Below, piece by piece: positions 56,784 to 64,000 of a stretch of 64,000 nucleotides of DNA. The notes under the pieces were generated by a model. That model was given only the letters and a program-made list of their open reading frames with translations. It was not told the DNA's origin and did not search any database. Position 1 is the first letter of the stretch; each line of letters opens with the position of its first letter. This stretch comes from Octopus vulgaris (lineage: Eukaryota), in assembly GCA_951406725.2 (NCBI GenBank), contig OX597827.1, forward strand, positions 12,090,001-12,154,000, read 5' to 3'. Both the position numbers and the translations under genes were made by a program.

Positions 56784-56828
<45 letters not shown>

Positions 56829-56842
56829 CACAAACAAACAAA

Positions 56843-56895
<53 letters not shown>

Positions 56896-56925
56896 ACACA
56901 TGCAACACACACACACACACACACA
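56538..56925. repeat. (CA)n array
   Basis: Direct reading. Confidence 0.95.
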
Positions 56926-57220
56926 AAGGGCTTCTTACAGTTTCTGCTAGCTAACTACACTCACAAATCATCGGTCATTCCAGGACTGTAGTAGTAGAAG
57001 ATATTCTTCTGAGGCATTATGCCACTGGACTAAATGCGAAAGTATTTGATTGCAAAGCAAACTCTTTAACCCATGCCTGCATCTGCAAATTCGCAGTCAT
57101 AAAGTGTAAAACAAAACACCATGCAATATTAGTTCTAGCTCTATGCTCTCTGAATTCAAATCCCAAGGAAGTCAGCTATGGATTCCATCCTATTTCGTAG
57201 CCAATAAAATAAAGTACCTA

Positions 57221-57640
57221 GGTGGCAAGCTGGCAGGAATGTTAGCTTGCCGGGTGAAATGCTTAGCGGTATTTCGTCTGCTGGCGGCGAGCTGGCAGAA
57301 ACGTTAGCACGCTGGGTGAAATGCGTAGCCGTATTTCGGCTGCCGTTACGTTCTGAGTTCAAATTCTGTTGAGATTTACTTTGCCTTTCATCCTTTCAGG
57401 GTTGATAAATTAAGTACCAGTTACGCACTGGAGTCGATTATAATTGACTTAATCCGTTTGTCTGTCCTTGTTTGCCCTCTCTATGTTTAGCCCCTTGTGG
57501 GTAGTAAAGAAATAGGTATTTCGTCTGTCTTTACGTTCTGAGTTCAAATTCTGCTGAGGTCGACTTTGCCTTTCATCTTTTCGGGGTTGATAAATTAAGT
57601 ACCAATTGCATACTGGTGTCAATGTAATCGACTAGCCCCC
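57221..57640 (+). mobile_element. Family B SINE inserted into another family B SINE (13-bp TSD)
   Basis: TSD ggtatttcgtctg at 57268-57280 and 57515-57527. Confidence 0.8.
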
Positions 57641-57959
57641 ACCACCCCAAAAAAAAAATTTTGAGTAGAAAAGAATAAAATAAAGTACCATTCCAAAGTA
57701 GTAGATTGGAAAATTTATAACAACATTTGACAAGATGTCTTCCAGTAGTTTTTCTTCATCTTGGGGTTCTGAGTTCTTGAGTGACAGATTTAACCATTCA
57801 CTCAGCTTAACACCACCACTTGGTCCTTAAGCACCTTTAGGCAAGTTCATTTTATTACTGTAAGCATTCTGATGAGGTCTTTTGTTTGGGATTAATTTTT
57901 CCCTTCAGTCTTAAAAACCCTAAAAAAAAAAATCTTAAAAACCTAAAAAAAAAAAATCT

Positions 57960-58098
57960 GAAGGGCATCCAGCCGTAGAAACACTGCCAAATCTGACTGG
58001 GCCTGATGAAGCCTCCCGGCTTCACAGACCCCAGTTAAACCGTCCAACCCATGCTAGCATGGAAAACGGACGCTAAATGATGATGATGATGATGATGA
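57960..58098 (+). mobile_element. Family D 3' tail
   Basis: Matches the reverse complement of 14155-14306 and ends in (gat)n. Confidence 0.8.
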
Positions 58099-58653
58099 TT
58101 ATGGGTGCTGCTCTTCCCTTCCTGGTTAAAAATTTGAAGTAAGTCATTTTTTTTTTTTTTTTTTTACCCATGGCAAGTTTTTCATTCCCTGAAATGGTAA
58201 TCATAAATGTTGGCGATTTTAAATAAAACATATTGAGAAATAAATTTTGTAATAGTTTAAAGTACTGGAGATAATAGCAGACCGTACATGGTTGTACTGC
58301 TTATTTCTTTCTATGAAAAATATTGGACATCACATTTCTTCCAATGAAAAGTATCAATCAATGATAATACCAGAAAAACTTTTTTTACAAAAGTTATTGT
58401 CTCTTAAATTCAATCTCCAACTAAAATTCAATATTCACTTATTATTCATTCATTGTCTGTTGTTTTTCAATGGTAGCATATGTAGGAGATAACTTATACA
58501 CAGTTTCTGTTTAATAATACCATTCACAATGCTGGTAGAAAAAAACTCCTCAAGATACCATGCAGTGAAACTGAACTCCAAACTGCGTGATTGCAAAGCA
58601 AATTTCTTAACCTAGCCATGTCTGTGCCTATAATACATATCTATCTATCTATC

Positions 58654-58725
<72 letters not shown>

Positions 58726-58858
58726 GGTGTGTTTGTATACACACACACACATATATATATATTAAAAGAGAGGAAAAGGGCATATATATGTGCGCTTATA
58801 TATGAATACGTGTGTGTGTGTGTATATATATATATATACATATATCTATATACATACA

Positions 58859-58903
<45 letters not shown>

Positions 58904-59128
58904 ATATGTACATACACACATGTGCACGCCCACACACATACATACACACACACATAAGTAATTAAAAGGTCAATTTACATTTTTATTTCTTACTTCAATA
59001 TTTATAATTACATTTTCACAATAAATGTAATTACATTTTTCCATATATTTAATAAAATTTTCTTTAATGTGGTCTTGTTTAGATTAGATCTAATTCAATA
59101 TGGTCTTCAAAAATATTTTAAAAAAAAG

Positions 59129-59360
59129 ATGGAGGTTCCCTCCCATTCTCTAGATGTGAACCCAGTTGAAAATTTAATGGCGAGTCATTAAATTAAAGCT
59201 GCATTTAAGAACATTCAGAAGCAAGGAATTTTATTTGCAGCAATTCAGGGAGAAGAATGGTATAAATTTGGGGCCAATTTTATTATGAAAGCATGCTAAC
59301 ATTATGATTAAAAAGATTAGAGATGTACAAGATAATCGTGTTAGAGGCATTAATTATTAA
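59129..59360 (+). pseudogene. Tc1/mariner transposase C-terminal remnant
   Basis: Frameshifted MEVPSHSLDVNPVENL/WRVIKLKL...EEWYK...KKIRDVQDNR....Y*, matching the Tc1 'P.SPDLNPIENLW' motif. Confidence 0.7.
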
Positions 59361-60210
59361 AGTTTAATTATGAATAAATATAAATTTGAATTTTTAAATA
59401 GTATGAATGCAGTAAATGATGTAATTTCAACAAAAATGTATCTTCATTTTTGAATAAAAATGTTTTCCGAGTGTTTAATTTTTAATATGTAAATATCATG
59501 TATATATAAATATATATATATAATGTATGTTCAAGCGTGCATGCATGTGTATACAAAGGCTATCTGATTGATCTGCAAGTGTTCACTCATCAGTGAATAT
59601 TTTAACCCTCCAACCCACTTACAGCCTGCATGCTGTGTCATGTCTCTGCCCCTTCTATTGTTCCTACAATGACTCCCACTTTTTTACAAGCAAGACTGCA
59701 TATCATTCAATGAACTTCCTTCACTTTCTTGTGATATTCTTACAATATTTATCTGCCAGATCTCATAGGAAAATACTGCAATCCTTGCTTCATTCCTAGA
59801 ATTGCAAACCCCAGAATGATCACCTCCTTTGTCACTGTTACCTTATATTTGTCAGTGTGTCCACCAATATCTTGTTAGTAGATTTTGTAAAATGTAAAAC
59901 AGCGTGGAAGTCATTTGCATGTATTACTACTAACCCTTACTGGTTTTCATGGTTTGATAATTATGAAAAAAGACAAAACCTCACACAAATGATGTTCAAA
60001 TATCAATTATATTGACTTCAAAAAATCTGGGCCTAAGTAATAAAGTATGTATGGACAATCACAAATACATTATGTCACACACATATATATGCCATAAAAT
60101 ATACTATGTATGTACATATAAGAATATATATGTACATAGATATATGTACATACACACACGTACATACACACATTCACACACAAACATATACACACACATA
60201 TGCATATATA

Positions 60211-60620
60211 TACTCTTTTACTCTTTTACATGTTTTAGTCATTTGACTGCAGCCATGCTGGAGCACCGCCTTTAGTCAAGCAAATCGACCCCGGGACTTA
60301 TTCTTTGTAAGCCCAGTACTTATTGTATCGGTCTCTTTTGCCGAACCGCTAAGTTACGGGGACGTAAACACACCAGCATCGGTTGCCAAGCAATACTAGG
60401 GGGACAAACACAGACACACAAATACATACATATATATATATATATGTACATATATACGACAGGCTTCTTTCAGTTTCCGTCTACCAAATCCACTCACAAA
60501 GCATTGATCGGCCCGGGGCTATAGCAGAAGACACTTGCCCAAGATGCCACGCAGTGGGACTGAACCCGGAACCATGTGGTTGGTTAGCAAGCTACTTACC
60601 ACACAGCCACTCCTGCGCCT
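60211..60620 (-). mobile_element. SINE family A, full length
   Basis: Reverse complement of family A. Confidence 0.85.
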
Positions 60621-61310
60621 ATATATATATATATACATATAAATACATATAGATACATACATATACACACACATATGCATACATATAGATACACATATAA
60701 ATACATATAAATACATACATATATACATACATGTATTCATGCATATTGTAATATGAGTGAGGACAGAATTGATTATTTTCATGTAAAAATTTTTGCTTCT
60801 TTGTTAATTTTACAAGTTCGTTATCAGAGTTACAAGTATCCAATGTCAATTTCATTCATTTAATGTTTTGCAATAATTGATATGCAAATATTAGCTTATT
60901 GAAATCTTTTGTCTGAAATTAAACAGAAATTCCTCTCAAAATTAATAAATATTTGAGATTCTCAAGAATGTGTGCAGTTTTATAGAATTTTGAAGAAAAA
61001 TATTAAAGATAATCAAATAGAATCTGGCTTAGCATTATAGTTGAAGGCATAGCTGTGAGCATAAGAAGCTTACTTCACAACCACGTGGTCTTGGATTCAG
61101 GCCCACAGAGTATCATCTTGAGAAAGTGACTTCTATTATAGTTCCAGACCAACCAAAGAATTGTGGGCGAATGTGATTTGGTAGATTGAAACTGAGTAGA
61201 AGCTGTTTGCTACACACACACACACATATATATGTATAGTTATATATACAGACATACATACATACATACATACATACATACATGCATACATACATACATA
61301 CAGATATACA

Positions 61311-61341
<31 letters not shown>

Positions 61342-61913
61342 CTATATATATATATACATACATACATACATACGTACGTACATACGTACATATGTACATA
61401 CGTACGTACATACGTACATATGTACATACGTACATACATACATACATACATACACACACACATACAAACTGAAAACACTCCAGATTTACTTTAAGCACAA
61501 TTTCATCTACCATTCACATTTGTGATCTTACAAACTTCTGCATTATTCTTAAATCACGAGAACTACATTTTATTGGAGGTTCCAAAATATTCCAAAGCAA
61601 TGAAATGCTACATTCTACAATCTTCCAGTACCAATTTAAAAAAACTTATTCATTAACTTTGTCCATATTTAAGTCTGCTCAAATTTCAAATTTCTTCTAA
61701 TATTAATGCTATATTAACAATGTGATACTGTTGTGCTAATTATGGGATTTATTATACAGTTCTTGTGGTTGAAATGTTGGTAATTCAGTGAACTGGGGGA
61801 GGGGGTAAAATTTCAGTAGCTAAGTAAATTGGTTATTAAATATGTACACATACAAAAAAGTATATACTTACACACATGCATACATACATATGTACATATA
61901 TACACGGATAGAA

Positions 61914-61951
<38 letters not shown>

Positions 61952-61956
<5 letters not shown>

Positions 61957-62160
61957 TAATCCAAACATGAAAGCACAAAAAAACACAACAACGCGAGAAC
62001 GTGGAACAAATATAGTATTATTGGACGCTCAGGAAAGAAGGAAAGAAGGAGGGTTTAACGTTTTGAGCGGAGCTCTTCTTTGGAAACATAGGAGAAGGAA
62101 AGATCCAGAGAAGGGAAGACAAAGGCAAAAAAGTCACCAACAGTACACACGAGGTCACAT
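61952..62160 (-). mobile_element. Penelope-type short element with a decayed hammerhead-like motif (62052-62087)
   Basis: Minus strand gttt-ccaaagaagagc-tcc-gctc-aaaacgtta-aacc...ttcctgagcgtccaataatac, ending in (TA)n. Confidence 0.55.
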
Positions 62161-62186
62161 ATCTTTCTATCTATCTATTAATAGAT

Positions 62187-62232
<46 letters not shown>

Positions 62233-62296
62233 AGCAGGTAGGAGGCAGGCAGACAGATAGGCCGACAGACAGATAGGTAGACGGATAAATATATAA

Positions 62297-62331
<35 letters not shown>

Positions 62332-62639
62332 AATAGGTAGATAGTTATGGATGTGTAGCTGAGGACCTTACTTCTTGGTCAGGTGTTGTTTGGTTCAGTC
62401 CTATTGTTCAGCACTTTGACCAATTGTCTTCTACAATAGGTTCAGGCTAACCAAAGCCTTGTGAATGGATGTATATACATATATGTATGTGTGTGTGTGC
62501 ATATACACACATATATAAATATACATATATATATATTTATATATATACTCACACATATATATGCATATATACATATATATATATATATATATAAATATAT
62601 ACATACATATACATGTATATATATATGTATGTATATATG

Positions 62640-62730
<91 letters not shown>

Positions 62731-62742
62731 GTTTATAAACAT

Positions 62743-62775
<33 letters not shown>

Positions 62776-63351
62776 ACACACAAGGTAACCTTTCAGAGTT
62801 GTTATCACATTGGACAAAATGTTAAGTGGCCCTTCTTCAAGCGCTTTATGCTCTGGGTCCAAATCCCACCAGGGTCAACTTTACCTTCAATCCCTTCAGA
62901 CTTCATAAAATAAAGTACCATTCAAGTACTGAGGTTGCAGTAATCAGCTTGACCCCCCCTCCATCCAAATGTCGCTTACCTTAAACCCATCAATGAACCA
63001 GCATCCCTTCAGGAGGAATGTTGCGATCTTAATGGAATCTTGGTCACCATGGAAACCAGTAACTGGCCCCTATGAGTCCTAGGCTCAATAATATGACTTT
63101 GTCTGTGTGTTTGTGTGTAGTCTTAGATCGACACAGTTTGGTGGCAGTAAAGGAGTATCACTACTAAACAGATGTTATAGTTCATTTCCTGTCTTCCATG
63201 AAAAACATGCCTGGCCATGGGTAAGTTTTACCTTGCTTGAAAACAGCTGAGAGTAAGCAACAGAAGCATCCAAATGTGAAAAATCTGCCTCAGAGAAATT
63301 CCATCTGACTCATGCAAGCATGGAAAAGTTGTTAAATGATGATTATGACAA

Positions 63352-63404
<53 letters not shown>

Positions 63405-63409
<5 letters not shown>

Positions 63410-63866
63410 TTAAATATAAGAGAGTTAACGTTAACTGGTTAACTCTAATGCTAGAAATAGGTCCTTATTCTGGTATAGCCACTATATATAGTGCACTAAT
63501 TATTATGTGCACTACTCGTTTCCACTAAGTCTTACCATTCTTTTGGCAGGGAAGCTAAATCACAACTATGTATGCAATCGATTTGACCGCATGGGTATTT
63601 ATCGCCCATGATGGTCTAATAAATTGTATCGAAAACAAATGCTGCTGATGATTTATAGATAAATATGTGAGTATAATTGCACATTATGTTGATAAAGAAA
63701 CAATTGTTCAGCATTAATTTATCTTTTCGTTGTATTTCGCTTTCCATAAGTTGAAGGTAATGTTATTTCTTTTGTGGAAACTACTTCGGTGGCTATACCA
63801 GAATAAGGAGCTATTTCTAGCACTAGAGTTAACCACTTAATGTTAACTCTCTTATATTTACGTATA
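63405..63866. mobile_element. MITE with 78-bp terminal inverted repeats inserted at TA
   Basis: 63405-63482 versus the reverse complement of 63789-63866 gives 73/78 identity by hand alignment. The interior is non-coding. Confidence 0.85.
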
Positions 63867-64000
63867 AATTTGTATTGTCTCCCTGGTTTTTTATGTGCTA
63901 GGCCACTTGGTGTTAAACTGATGGTATTATTAAATTAATATCTAATTTTTCACCCTCATTTATGAATTTGTATATATATATATCAAAAATAAGCAACAAG

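Noticed and set aside
57874-57930. ctgatgaggtc, a possible hammerhead 5' half
   Set aside because: No closing gacc-GAAA or stem I partner is found; at most a truncated remnant.
58003-58025. ctgatgaagcc...ggcttc in the family D tail
   Set aside because: No GAAA core or cleavage triplet follows; it is part of the LINE-like tail.

Overview
AT-rich, microsatellite-dense eukaryotic DNA with no recognisable host protein-coding gene. Almost every long ORF in the track is a translation of simple repeats or SINEs. The repeat repertoire resembles what I recall from Octopus (coleoid cephalopod) genomes; this is an inference, not a database result. The window holds about 14 near-full-length copies of one tRNA-headed SINE with an internal (TA)n(TG)n tract, three other SINE families, and a (GAT)n-tailed LINE-like 3' repeat. 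It also holds decayed R4/Dong-type, RTE, Tc1 and Penelope-like fragments, and piggyBac-like, hAT-like and long-TIR MITEs. The main signal is a hammerhead ribozyme with a complete catalytic core at 29541-29619 (+). It lies in a ~546-bp non-coding unit bounded by a 15-bp direct repeat and embedded in (TA)n, which makes it a candidate retrozyme or non-autonomous Penelope element. Seven more degenerate hammerhead-like motifs are present, two of them in the inverted arms flanking a Penelope GIY-YIG remnant (16700-17391). Secondary signals are three apparent local copy-and-paste insertions of nearby sequence, a possible composite piggyBac MITE pair, microsatellite-targeted TE nests and recurrent SINE self-insertion.
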